Assembly (NCBI RefSeq): GCF_049584895.1 | Contig: NZ_JBAUYR010000036.1 | Location: 122,191 to 186,190, forward strand | Direction of reading: 5' to 3' | From: Candidatus Binatus sp. | GTDB taxonomy: Bacteria; Desulfobacterota; Binatia; Binatales; Binataceae | DNA length: 64,000 nucleotides | Part shown: positions 39,758 to 48,806 of the stretch, piece by piece | How the letters are laid out: every line of letters begins with the position of its first letter | Position numbering within the stretch: position 1 is the first letter of the stretch | The notes under the pieces: generated by a model | The model's database searches: none | Told to the model about the DNA's origin: nothing | The model's input: the letters and a program-made list of their open reading frames with translations, nothing else | Translations under genes and position numbers: made by a program

Positions 39758-41164
39758 TTGGGAGTAATCCCGGTTCGAAGGTTTGTCGCGCTAGTGGCGT
39801 TCGCATGCGTCGCCGCAGCATTGTTCTGCAATCTCGCCTACTCGCAGGATGATGAATTGAGCCGCGACGAGGCGGCAGTGGTGAAAGCTCGCGTCCAGAA
39901 GATTCGCGGGCTCAAGCTCAAACGCGATGTGCCGGTGACGTATCTCAGCGTCGCGGAAACCGAAGCCCGGTTCACAGCCCAGTTCGCCAAGCAGGTAAGC
40001 CAGGAGGAAATCGACACCGGCGTCGAGGAGAACAAGATGATCGGTCTGTTCCCGCCCGACCTGAAAATCGAGCGCAAGGAGCTCGCCGATATGACGCTCG
40101 AGCTGGCCGGCTTCTACGACGACCATCACAAGGACATCGTAATTATCGATCGGCCTATAACCGTCGAGCTGCCGGAGCGATATCGGAATGCGATCACCGA
40201 GATGCGAAAGCTCGACACCATGGGAACCCTCGGACACGAGCTGACCCATGCGCTCCAGGACCAGTACTTCGACATCGAGGCCGCGCTCAAGAAATACAAG
40301 GGCAATAGCGATCGCGAACTCGCCTACAAGGCAATCGTTGAAGGCGACGCGACCCTGTCAGGATTTTCGGTGGTGATCGGGCGCGTCGACGACGAGACCA
40401 TCGACTACTTCGATTCGCATCTGCAGGACATCGTGCCGGTCTTCATGGGACGGATGGAAGGCAAGCCGCGCGCGATGACCTACCCTTTTATTTTTCAGTA
40501 CACCGAGGGCGCACGTTTCGTCGCCGAAGCTTACCATCGCGGAAAATGGGCGGGCGTGAATGCTTTGTTCACCGGTCCGCCGTTATCGACCCAGCAGATC
40601 ATGCATCCCGAGCTCTACTTCGACCATCCGACGCCAGCGCTCACGGTCAAGCTCGCCGGCTACGAGAAGGTCCTGCACGATTGGAAAAAAATCGACGAAG
40701 ACACGCTCGGCGAGCTGATGCTCAAGATCATGCTCGAGCGCACGATGGGTGAGGACACGCCGTACGTCGAGGCGTCGACCAAGTGGGCGGGGGATAGAAT
40801 CGTCGCGCTACAAAAGGGAAAGTCGCTGACCCTTCTGTGGATGATCATCTTCCGCAGTGCGGGCGACGCCGACAACTTCGCGCAGCTCTATTCGGGAATC
40901 CTCGACAAGGTCCTGCCCGGCACTACAGCCCGCAAGATCGACCGGCTCGGTCCCGCGGTGTTCGCGATGATCGGCGACGGCGCGATCCGCTACCGCGAAT
41001 ACCTGCCCGAAGTCTGGAAGCAGAGCACCATAGACGGAACTCAAATCGGATCCTACCAGTCGCCGGTCACCCGCCAGCAAGCTCAACCGCGACAAACGTC
41101 ACTACAACCGCAAGCAGCCCCGACTCCAACAACCGAAGCACCGCGAACGATCCAGGCTGATTGA
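39758..41164 (+). CDS. putative secreted zinc metallopeptidase (HExxH ... EGxA, Peptidase_MA_2-like)
   Basis: 'HELTHALQDQ' and downstream 'VEGDATL'. Signal peptide from TTG 39758, preceded by AAGGGGAG SD. The ORF-track start 39545 is rejected. Confidence 0.6.
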   Translation: MGVIPVRRFVALVAFACVAAALFCNLAYSQDDELSRDEAAVVKARVQKIRGLKLKRDVPVTYLSVAETEARFTAQFAKQVSQEEIDTGVEENKMIGLFPPDLKIERKELADMTLELAGFYDDHHKDIVIIDRPITVELPERYRNAITEMRKLDTMGTLGHELTHALQDQYFDIEAALKKYKGNSDRELAYKAIVEGDATLSGFSVVIGRVDDETIDYFDSHLQDIVPVFMGRMEGKPRAMTYPFIFQYTEGARFVAEAYHRGKWAGVNALFTGPPLSTQQIMHPELYFDHPTPALTVKLAGYEKVLHDWKKIDEDTLGELMLKIMLERTMGEDTPYVEASTKWAGDRIVALQKGKSLTLLWMIIFRSAGDADNFAQLYSGILDKVLPGTTARKIDRLGPAVFAMIGDGAIRYREYLPEVWKQSTIDGTQIGSYQSPVTRQQAQPRQTSLQPQAAPTPTTEAPRTIQAD

Positions 41165-41207
41165 GCAGGTATGCAGACCGTCTCGAAGTCTTAGCGGCGG
41201 GCGAAGA

Positions 41208-42503
41208 TCAAGATAGAAGCGCCGGGGCTGTGCGGGTGCGCGATAGGACTGCGAACGCGCGCAGGCCATCGGTGAAATAAGGGTCGCCGGTCAGGTTGTG
41301 GCGGGGCGCATCGGCGGTCGCGGGCTGTACTCCGTGGACGAATCCCATCAGGGCGACGCGGCGCGACGCCAGCAGATCGTCCAGCACGTAGTCGCGCGCT
41401 TCATCGACGTTGGGATCGATCTGATGAGTCGTCAGGTTCCAGGTCTTGGGCGTGAAGCGGACCCCGATGTCGCGGCTGACCTGTCCGATCCAGACCGGCT
41501 GGCCCTCAAACCGAATGTTCGTGCTCCACAATCTCAGATGCAGGCGCTCGTTGAGGCTCGCGCGGGCGCGTTGCAGCGCGAATTCCTGCTGGCGTCCACC
41601 GAGATACAGCGGGCTCACCGGCGAGTAGCGGTATTGCGACTCGAGCAGGAACGCCTTGGCGGTTTTCCACGACGTGCCGAGCGTGATCGACTCGGTCTCG
41701 TCCCACGTGCTGAGGCATTCCTGGATGCTCGCGCGGTCGCCCACGATAACCAGGTTGAGCGGATCGCCCTCGACGGTCTCTGCCGCATTGCCGGTGCATC
41801 GCGGCTGCCGTTCAATCCAGGTGCGAAGAGCAGCCTCGTCGAGTTGCTCGGCGCTGTCGGCAATTTCGGCGTCCTCCGCAGGATGAGGCAGCACCAGACC
41901 CGGCACCTCGACCGTGAACTGGAAATCCGCCACGTGGCTGCGGCCGAGGAGTCGTACGTCGATCCGTTTCACCCCTTCGTCCAACCGGGTGAAGATGAAT
42001 CCGCCAACTTTCTGTCCGGGCAAAATGATCGCGGTCGGGAATCCCAAGGTGCGAAGGAGTTCTCTCATTCTTCGGTTCGCGGCGCGCGCCGACAGAAGCT
42101 TGAGCGGCACCAGCGGCAGTAGCGGAAGGAAGAGCCATCCGATCACGCCGAATGCCAACAGCCGCGTGCCCATCGCGAAATGCGCCAGGTGCGCGGCCTC
42201 GAGCGGCATGTAGTAGTCGGGATCAAGTTGGACGCGGTCCAGCCATAGCGGTTCGTGGCCGCCGTTCACCACCTCCAACCACACGGCCTGCACCCGATGG
42301 CGCGCCAAGCGGACACCGAATATTCGATCGCTCTCGCGATCGCTCGGCACTGCGACCGTGGCCGCGACTTCAGCCTCGCCGCGGGTCTGCGCCCGGTCCA
42401 TGAACGATCGTTCTTCGGGATGCGGCGAGTAGTCTATGGTCAACCATCGCCGCGGCGAGAAAATTTCTGACTTGAGGTCGCTCTTGGTCGGAGAATCAGC
42501 CAC
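41208..42503 (-). CDS. LssY C-terminal-domain-like protein
   Basis: 'PLNLVIVGD', 'SPLYLGGRQQEFALQR', 'LHLRLW', 'GQPVWIGQVSRDIG' resemble LssY_C motifs, from memory. Confidence 0.55.
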   Translation of the reverse strand: MADSPTKSDLKSEIFSPRRWLTIDYSPHPEERSFMDRAQTRGEAEVAATVAVPSDRESDRIFGVRLARHRVQAVWLEVVNGGHEPLWLDRVQLDPDYYMPLEAAHLAHFAMGTRLLAFGVIGWLFLPLLPLVPLKLLSARAANRRMRELLRTLGFPTAIILPGQKVGGFIFTRLDEGVKRIDVRLLGRSHVADFQFTVEVPGLVLPHPAEDAEIADSAEQLDEAALRTWIERQPRCTGNAAETVEGDPLNLVIVGDRASIQECLSTWDETESITLGTSWKTAKAFLLESQYRYSPVSPLYLGGRQQEFALQRARASLNERLHLRLWSTNIRFEGQPVWIGQVSRDIGVRFTPKTWNLTTHQIDPNVDEARDYVLDDLLASRRVALMGFVHGVQPATADAPRHNLTGDPYFTDGLRAFAVLSRTRTAPALLS

Positions 42504-42552
42504 GCAAACGATTTACCGGATGCGCAGCGATCTCGAAAGACGGCAATCGCCG

Positions 42553-42592
42553 CGATATAAAACGAGCGCCCCGCTCTTGAGGCGAGGCGCTC
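42553..42592 (-). terminator. rho-independent terminator for the small secreted-protein gene
   Basis: Minus-strand stem GAGCGCC...GGCGCTC followed by GTTTTATAT. Confidence 0.5.
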
Positions 42593-42617
42593 GATCATAC
42601 TACGAGAAAACCGTCAA

Positions 42618-42959
42618 TCATTGATTGTAGCAGCGAGCACGCGCTGCCGCCGCTTCCGCCTCTACGTCATTAGCCGCCGCCGGATGTCCCGTGCTCCTGT
42701 CTCGCCACACCTGGTTCTGGAGACTGCGTGCGCGGTCGCAGGCATACCGCTTGCCACCATACTCGTAGTATCCCTGGTGCCAACCGTGATTGGCGTACGC
42801 GTCCCGGTCGCCTTTGTAATGATCCCACCACCAGTCGACCGGCAGGATGTAATTTGAATCTGCGCTGTAAGCCGATTGCGCGAATGCCGGCACGGTCAAC
42901 GGGAGCGCCAGCATCGCGCCGCCCAACAAACCTAAAACCAGCTTTCTCTTGAGTTTCAT
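42618..42959 (-). CDS. hypothetical small secreted protein (Trp/Tyr-rich)
   Basis: Signal peptide 'LGLLGGAMLALPLTVPAFA'. AGGAGG SD 8 nt upstream. 113 aa. Confidence 0.55.
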   Translation of the reverse strand: MKLKRKLVLGLLGGAMLALPLTVPAFAQSAYSADSNYILPVDWWWDHYKGDRDAYANHGWHQGYYEYGGKRYACDRARSLQNQVWRDRSTGHPAAANDVEAEAAAARARCYNQ

Positions 42960-43143
42960 GCAAGTAACCTCCTGTTGGGGCTAGCATCATCGGTGCCATA
43001 TGCGGATCGTACCAAAAAAATCGGAAATCAAAAGGCATTCTGAGTGACTCACTAAATCCTTACACGAAGGAGGGCAGGTTCACCGGCAAAAAATTCAAAC
43101 CCGATGAGGCGAAGCCCACAAAACACCTACTTTATTTCCCACA

Positions 43144-43401
43144 CTATCGGACTGATGCCACGTTGACGATTCCGTCTTCGCGACGGGTTATCTTCGCGGG
43201 CATGTCCTTGGCTTTCGGCGCTTCCTTCGCCGCCGGACAGGGTAGCACGCGGATGATCGCCATCATCGCCTGATCCTCGTGATTGAGGATGTGGCAATGA
43301 TAGACGAAGTCGCTGATGTCCTGTCCGCGATTGACTTGCGACGCGCACGCGCGGATATTCTCGTCAACTCCCCTGACGGGAGGTGCGTACGCAATGAATA
43401 C
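43144..43401 (-). pseudogene. multicopper oxidase C-terminal relic (85 codons, no start codon and no upstream cupredoxin domains)
   Basis: 'DFVYHCHILNHEDQAMM' matches the MCO type-1/type-3 copper motif HCHxxxHxxxxMM (compare CotA 'HCHILEHEDYDMM'). Separated by one stop from the unrelated upstream ORF in the same frame. Confidence 0.5.
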
Positions 43402-43675
43402 TCACTTTAAAGATCTTGCCGAATTGCGCACGACGAGCGCGCCTCCGCTGAGCTTCAGTCGCCGGTAAACCAGCCGGATTTTCACTTTTTCACTGACATA
43501 GCAGCCACGGAGGCGAAAGCTCCCGTGGTTTTTTTGTTTCCGTTGTCCGCTTCGCGCGAGCGTCGCGCGTGCGTGATTCGACGATTCAATTTTCGAAAAT
43601 CGCAAACGGAGGACCGAAGCATGAGGAAAAATGCGCAACGAAAAATCACAGGTGCGCGAACGCAACTTCTAACTA

Positions 43676-44431
43676 TTGAGGCCAGAGATGACCACTGCTT
43701 TAGAGATCGATGAAGGATTACTCGACGCGTTTATCGGCGATGGATCTATAACTGACGTTCTATACGTAGTCCGGAGCGGGAAAGAGGCTACCGTCTATTG
43801 CTGTCGCGGCGCGGACGCGTACGGCGGCGGACTGGTCGCGGCAAAAGTCTACCGGCCGCTCGAGCGGCGCAATTTTCACAACGATGCGATCTACCAGAAG
43901 GGCCGCGACGCCGCGCTCAGCAGCCGCAGCAAACGCGCGCTGGCGAACAAATCCCGTCATGGGCGCGAGGTGCAGTACGGGACATGGATCAACGCCGAAT
44001 TTCAGACGATGCGGATGCTCCACGCGGCCGGCGCCGACGTGCCTGAAGTATTCTCGCATTCGAATGGCGCGATCCTGATGGAATATTTCGGCGACGAGGA
44101 CACCGCGGCGCCGATGCTCAATCGCGTCACGCTGCCGCGCGAGCATGCGGACAGATATCTGCGCCAGATTATCGACAACATCACGTTGTGGCTCGCGAAC
44201 GACCTGGTGCATGGCGACTTGTCGCCGTACAACCTGCTTTACTGGGAGGATCGAATCGTCGCGATCGATTTTCCGCAGGCGGTTGACTCTCGCATCAATC
44301 CGAAGGCGCGGCTGTTGCTCGGCCGCGACCTGGAAAACGTTTGCGGATATTTTGTGAAATACGGAATCCGTGCGGACGCGGCGCGGATAGCGAATGCGCT
44401 ATGGGCGAACTACCAAACCGGGACGCTGTGA
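43676..44431 (+). CDS. RIO-type serine protein kinase
   Basis: 'ATVYCC' and 'AAKVYR' (VAIK-like). 'LVHGDLSPYNLL' catalytic loop. 'IDFPQAV'. Confidence 0.8.
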   Translation: MRPEMTTALEIDEGLLDAFIGDGSITDVLYVVRSGKEATVYCCRGADAYGGGLVAAKVYRPLERRNFHNDAIYQKGRDAALSSRSKRALANKSRHGREVQYGTWINAEFQTMRMLHAAGADVPEVFSHSNGAILMEYFGDEDTAAPMLNRVTLPREHADRYLRQIIDNITLWLANDLVHGDLSPYNLLYWEDRIVAIDFPQAVDSRINPKARLLLGRDLENVCGYFVKYGIRADAARIANALWANYQTGTL

Positions 44432-44487
44432 GCGCGCCGTCTCGCATTCGCATCGAGCGGACGATTAAATGGAATCGGGAATCAGGT

Positions 44488-45408
44488 ATGGCTAGGCAAA
44501 TCGGTCCGGTTAAAGCGCGCATCGAATACACCGGCATCACTGCCGTCACCGCCGCGCTGCGTGCGATGCCGTTGGAGCGCGCAGTGCGGGCGGGCGCGCG
44601 GCTCGGAGGATGGGCGATGAATTTCGACCGTCCCAACCGGCCGATCGCGCTCAAAAACCTCGAGATCGCTTTCCCCGAGATGACTCCGGCGGCGCGCCTC
44701 AACATCCTGCGCAAGATGTATCGCAGTTGGGGCCGCGTGCTCGCCGAATGGACTCATCTGCCCGAGCTCAGCCGCGCCAACGTCGAGCAGGTCGCCACTT
44801 ACGAGGGCAAGGAAAATTGGGACGAGGCCGAGCGCCGCTCCAACGGCCACGGCCTGTTCGTGCTGACCGGGCACTACGGAAATTTCGAGCTGATGCAGAT
44901 CGCGCAATCGGTGTACGGCTACCGGCTCGCGATCGTGCATCGCGCGCTGCGCAATCCGCTGATCGACGCCGCCATCTCGACCCAGCGCGTCCGTTACGGC
45001 AACCGCATCATCGAGCGCAAGGCAGGCGGGCGCGAGATGATGAAGATGCTGCGGCAGAACTGGATGATCGCGATCGCGCTCGACCTCGACGTGCGCAAGG
45101 GCGTGTTCGTGGATTTTTTCGGGCTGCCGGCCTCGACCAGCGACGGCATCGCGCGGCTGTCTCTCGCCACCGGCGCTCCGGTGATGCCGGTGTTCATGGT
45201 GCGCGAGGGCGACACCGTTCATCACAAGATAACAATCCTGCCCGCTTTCTATCCCGAGAAGACCCGCAACCGCGAGGCGCTAGTGCGCGAGTACACGCAG
45301 CAATACACCACCACGCTCGAGCAGATGATCCGCGCGCATCCGGACCACTGGAACTGGATTCACCGGCGATGGAAAACGCGCCTGCCCGGTGAAGCGCGCT
45401 TCTACTAG
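44488..45408 (+). CDS. lipid A biosynthesis (Kdo2-lipid IVA) acyltransferase, LpxL/LpxM family
   Basis: 'LTGHYGNFELM' HX4D-type motif. 'LALDLD'. 306 aa. Start at ATG 44488. Confidence 0.8.
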   Translation: MARQIGPVKARIEYTGITAVTAALRAMPLERAVRAGARLGGWAMNFDRPNRPIALKNLEIAFPEMTPAARLNILRKMYRSWGRVLAEWTHLPELSRANVEQVATYEGKENWDEAERRSNGHGLFVLTGHYGNFELMQIAQSVYGYRLAIVHRALRNPLIDAAISTQRVRYGNRIIERKAGGREMMKMLRQNWMIAIALDLDVRKGVFVDFFGLPASTSDGIARLSLATGAPVMPVFMVREGDTVHHKITILPAFYPEKTRNREALVREYTQQYTTTLEQMIRAHPDHWNWIHRRWKTRLPGEARFY

Positions 45409-45539
45409 GTCGCACGCAGCCCAAGCCCGCTCACCACAAGGTACAAGTTTCAATATTTGACTTCTGTAACTCAATCGCGTACGCTCACTCCTGTCGGCAC
45501 TCGTAAAGCAGCACCCCGACGCTAAAGGGATCCAACACC

Positions 45540-46421
45540 ATGATTGAAGCGAAGCTCGGTGGCCGGTTCACGTTCCCCGGTACTTCATTAACAGTCCATC
45601 GGATAGGCTACGGCGCGATGCAGCTGGCCGGCCCCGGCGTGTGGGGACCGCCCAAGGACCCTGACGGGGCAGTGGCCGTCCTGCGCGAGGCCGTCGCGGC
45701 CGGCGTGAATCATATCGACACGTCTGACTACTACGGCCCGCATATTACCAACCAGATCATCCGGCAGGCTCTGCATCCGTACCCGGCGGGGTTGGTGATC
45801 GTCACCAAGCTGGGAGGCCGCCGCCCTCCCGACAAGTCATGGCAGAAGGCCATCTCGCCCCAGGAGCTGACCGCCGGCGTCCACGACAACCTCCGCAACC
45901 TGAACCTGGACGCGCTCGACATCGTGAACTACCGCGTGATGGGGTCGGGCCACGGCACCGAGGAGGGGTCGATCGCCGAGCAGGTGACGGTGCTGGCCGA
46001 GCTGCAGCGCCAGGGGTTGATCCGTCACATCGGTCTGAGCAACGCCACTGCTGCCCAGGTGGCCGAGGCGCAGTCGATCACCGAAGTCGTATGCGTGCAG
46101 AACTACTACAACCTGGCCTACCGTCACGACGGCGCCCTGATCGACGACCTGGCTCGGCAGCGCATCGCGTATGTGCCGTTCTTCCCACTCGGCGGGTTCT
46201 CGCCGCTGCAGTCGTCCACCCTGTCGTCGGTCGCGAACCGACTCGGCGCGACGCCGCTGCAGATCGCGCTGGCGTGGCTGCTGCACCGGTCGCCCAACAT
46301 TCTTTTGATCCCCGGCACCTCGTCGGTCGCGCACCTTGGCGAGAACCTGGCCGCCGGTGAGTTGACGCTGTCGCCGCAAACCTTAGCGGAGCTCGATCGG
46401 ATCGCCGCCGAGGCAAACTGA
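45540..46421 (+). CDS. aldo/keto reductase
   Basis: 'IGYGAMQL', 'IDTSDYYG', 'IGLSNA'. Codon usage is GCC/CTG/GGC-rich, unlike neighbours. Confidence 0.9.
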   Translation: MIEAKLGGRFTFPGTSLTVHRIGYGAMQLAGPGVWGPPKDPDGAVAVLREAVAAGVNHIDTSDYYGPHITNQIIRQALHPYPAGLVIVTKLGGRRPPDKSWQKAISPQELTAGVHDNLRNLNLDALDIVNYRVMGSGHGTEEGSIAEQVTVLAELQRQGLIRHIGLSNATAAQVAEAQSITEVVCVQNYYNLAYRHDGALIDDLARQRIAYVPFFPLGGFSPLQSSTLSSVANRLGATPLQIALAWLLHRSPNILLIPGTSSVAHLGENLAAGELTLSPQTLAELDRIAAEAN

Positions 46422-46448
46422 CCTCGAACAAGGGAGCTGTTTCAAAAC

Positions 46449-47111
46449 ATGAAAAGAGAATCGGCGGCGCGTCGAGAGGTACCCACGTCCCCGGTTGACA
46501 CCCCGCTCACTCGCGATCGGATCGTCGCCGCGGCCGAGGATGTCCTCCGCCGGTTCGGCCCGGCCAAGGCGACGGTGGTGGACGTGGCCCGGGCGCTTGG
46601 TGTGAGTCACGCGGCCGTTTATCGTCACGTGGCGACCAAGGCTGAGCTGCGGGACCTGGTCGTCAGCCGATGGGCGGAGGCGACCTTGCCCCCGCTGCGG
46701 GCAATCGCAAGTGGGCCTGGCCCGGCCCCGCAGCGGTTGCGCCGGCTGATCGACGCCCTGATCGCCGTCAAACGCCGCCGGGCTGCGGACGACCCTGAGC
46801 TGTTCGCCGCCTATCGGACGCTCTCGGCCGATGCTCAATCCATTGTCGCCGCCCATATCGAGGAGTTGGTCGGGCTGGCCGCGATGGTCATCCGCTCCGG
46901 CGTACAGGAAGGCACCTTCCGCGCCCTCGATCCCGTAGCTGCCGCTCGGGCGGTGCTGTTCGCCACGTCGCGGTTCCACCATCCGGCCCACGCCGCCGAG
47001 TGGGCCGATCCGGCCATCGACGCTGCATACAACGACGTCTGGCAAGTCCTGATGAACGGGCTGTGCATTGCGAAGCGCGCGGTTCGAGCGGGGCGTGGAT
47101 CCAAACTATAA
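46449..47111 (+). CDS. TetR/AcrR-family transcriptional regulator
   Basis: HTH 'ATVVDVARALGVSHAAVYRHVATKAEL'. 220 aa. Confidence 0.85.
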   Translation: MKRESAARREVPTSPVDTPLTRDRIVAAAEDVLRRFGPAKATVVDVARALGVSHAAVYRHVATKAELRDLVVSRWAEATLPPLRAIASGPGPAPQRLRRLIDALIAVKRRRAADDPELFAAYRTLSADAQSIVAAHIEELVGLAAMVIRSGVQEGTFRALDPVAAARAVLFATSRFHHPAHAAEWADPAIDAAYNDVWQVLMNGLCIAKRAVRAGRGSKL

Positions 47112-47129
47112 CGCAACTAAGGAGAAATC

Positions 47130-48023
47130 GTGATGCGAGTATTTGTCACCGGTGCTACAGGATTCATCGGTTCTGCGATTGTTCAGGATCTAATCGGCGC
47201 GGGCCATCAAGTGATCGGGCTTTCGCGTTCAGATGCTGGAGCCAAGTCTATCACCGACGCAGGCGCGCAGGTGCATCGAGGTGATCTCGAAGACCTGGAA
47301 AGCTTGCGCAGTGGTGCCGCCATGTCTGATGGCGTCATTCACTGCGCCTTCAACCACGACTTCTCGAAGTACGCTGAGAACTGCGAAGCAGACAGGCACG
47401 CTATCGAGGCTCTCGGCTCCGCGCTCGTTGGCTCTGACGGACCCTTGGTCGTCACCTCCGGGACCGGTGTCGGCCTCACGCCGGGACGCCTCGCGACCGA
47501 AGAAGATCCGCCCGTCCCCAGCTCCAGCATACCCCGCAGTGCGTCGGAAGAGGCGGCCGATGCGATGGTCCAACGGGGCGTGCGCGCGTCGGTGGTGCGC
47601 CTCCCGCAGGTCCACGACCGAGTCAAGCACGGCCTCGTCACACCCTTGATCGCCATAGCCCGCGAGAAGGGTGTCTCGGCCTACGTCGGCGACGGACTCA
47701 ACCGCTGGCCCGCGGCGCACCTGCTCGATACCGTTCCCCTCTACCGGCTGGTGCTTGAGAAGGGTGTGAAGGGAGCCAGGTACAACGCGGTCGGCGAAGA
47801 AGGCGTGCCGTTGCGAGATATCGCGGAGGCGATCGGCCGCGGCCTGAAGGTGCCGGTCGTCGCCAAGCGCCAGGAGGAGGCATTCGAGCACTTTGGCTGG
47901 CTCGGATTTCTTATAGGCATCGACTGCCCTGCTTCAAGCGCATTGACCCAGGAACGGCTGGGATGGCGCCCGACGCATGGTGGGATGATTGCCGATCTCG
48001 ATCGCGCGCGCGATTTCGAATGA
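47130..48023 (+). CDS. NAD(P)-dependent SDR/NmrA-like oxidoreductase (epimerase/dehydratase family)
   Basis: 'VFVTGATGFIGSAIV' Rossmann. SD AAGGAG upstream. Confidence 0.85.
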   Translation: MMRVFVTGATGFIGSAIVQDLIGAGHQVIGLSRSDAGAKSITDAGAQVHRGDLEDLESLRSGAAMSDGVIHCAFNHDFSKYAENCEADRHAIEALGSALVGSDGPLVVTSGTGVGLTPGRLATEEDPPVPSSSIPRSASEEAADAMVQRGVRASVVRLPQVHDRVKHGLVTPLIAIAREKGVSAYVGDGLNRWPAAHLLDTVPLYRLVLEKGVKGARYNAVGEEGVPLRDIAEAIGRGLKVPVVAKRQEEAFEHFGWLGFLIGIDCPASSALTQERLGWRPTHGGMIADLDRARDFE

Positions 48024-48032
48024 GTCGGCGAC

Positions 48033-48806
48033 CTAGATGATCTTTGGCGAAGGCGACGACGCGAATTCGGCTTTCAGCGCGTCGTAACTTTTCAGATCGT
48101 CCATCGTGCGGAAATATCCGGTGTGAACGTAGCCGAAGACCGGCTGTGCGCGCGCTACCATCGGCGCGAAGAGCCCGGGCATCAAGCTCCACGGCGGCTT
48201 CGGCGGAACCAGGTCCAGCACTGCGGGCTCCGCGACGATCACGCCGCAGTACATGAAGGGTGAAAGCGTCGCGGCGACGGCGTCGTCGAGGTTGGAAGGA
48301 TAGTCATCGTATTGAAGCGGGTCGCGGCGCATCAGCAATCGCATTCGGCGGAGTCTTTGCGCGGCATCGATTTCGAGACGGCTGTAGTAGTCGAGATTCG
48401 CCGGATTGAACAGCGCGATAGTGGCAACTGCGGCGTGCGCGCGATGGAACGCGATCATCGCGCGCAGGTCGAGGTCGAGGATCGTGTCACTGTTGGCCAT
48501 CACGAACGTATCGCCGGCGAGAAAATCGTGCAGCCCGTTGAGCGGTCCTCCGGTGCCGAGCAGGACCGGCTCGGGCGCGTACGTGATGCGAAGGCCGAGT
48601 TGCGAACCGTCACCGAGTCCGTCCTGAATCACAGACGCGAGGTGATGAACATTGATCGCGACTTCGGTGATGCCGCCGCGCCGCAGCATCGTCAGCGGAT
48701 AGTGGATCAGCGTATGCCCGCCGAGCTCGAGCATCGGCTTTGGCGTGACGCCGGTCAGCGGCCGAAGCCGCTCTCCCATCCCGGCTGCGAGTACCAACGC
48801 TCTCAT
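48033..48806 (-). CDS. sugar-1-phosphate nucleotidyltransferase, MurU-like (N-acetylmuramate alpha-1-phosphate uridylyltransferase candidate)
   Basis: 'ALVLAAGMGERLRPLT...PKPML'. Adjacent to and overlapping an AmgK-like kinase, as in the Pseudomonas amgK-murU pair. Confidence 0.7.
   Translation of the reverse strand: MRALVLAAGMGERLRPLTGVTPKPMLELGGHTLIHYPLTMLRRGGITEVAINVHHLASVIQDGLGDGSQLGLRITYAPEPVLLGTGGPLNGLHDFLAGDTFVMANSDTILDLDLRAMIAFHRAHAAVATIALFNPANLDYYSRLEIDAAQRLRRMRLLMRRDPLQYDDYPSNLDDAVAATLSPFMYCGVIVAEPAVLDLVPPKPPWSLMPGLFAPMVARAQPVFGYVHTGYFRTMDDLKSYDALKAEFASSPSPKII

Noticed and set aside
39760-39790. GGTTCGAA (tRNA T-loop-like) and other tRNA-like fragments (also at 21365)
   Set aside because: No acceptor stem, no anticodon arm geometry, and the first lies inside a protein-coding N-terminus. 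No tRNA genes are supported in this window.
43402-43665. 87-aa ORF directly upstream of, and in frame with, the multicopper-oxidase relic
   Set aside because: The sequence (..FSLRIFPHASVLRLRFSKIESSNHARATLARSGQRKQ..) has no cupredoxin features and is separated by a stop. It is treated as non-coding flank of the relic.
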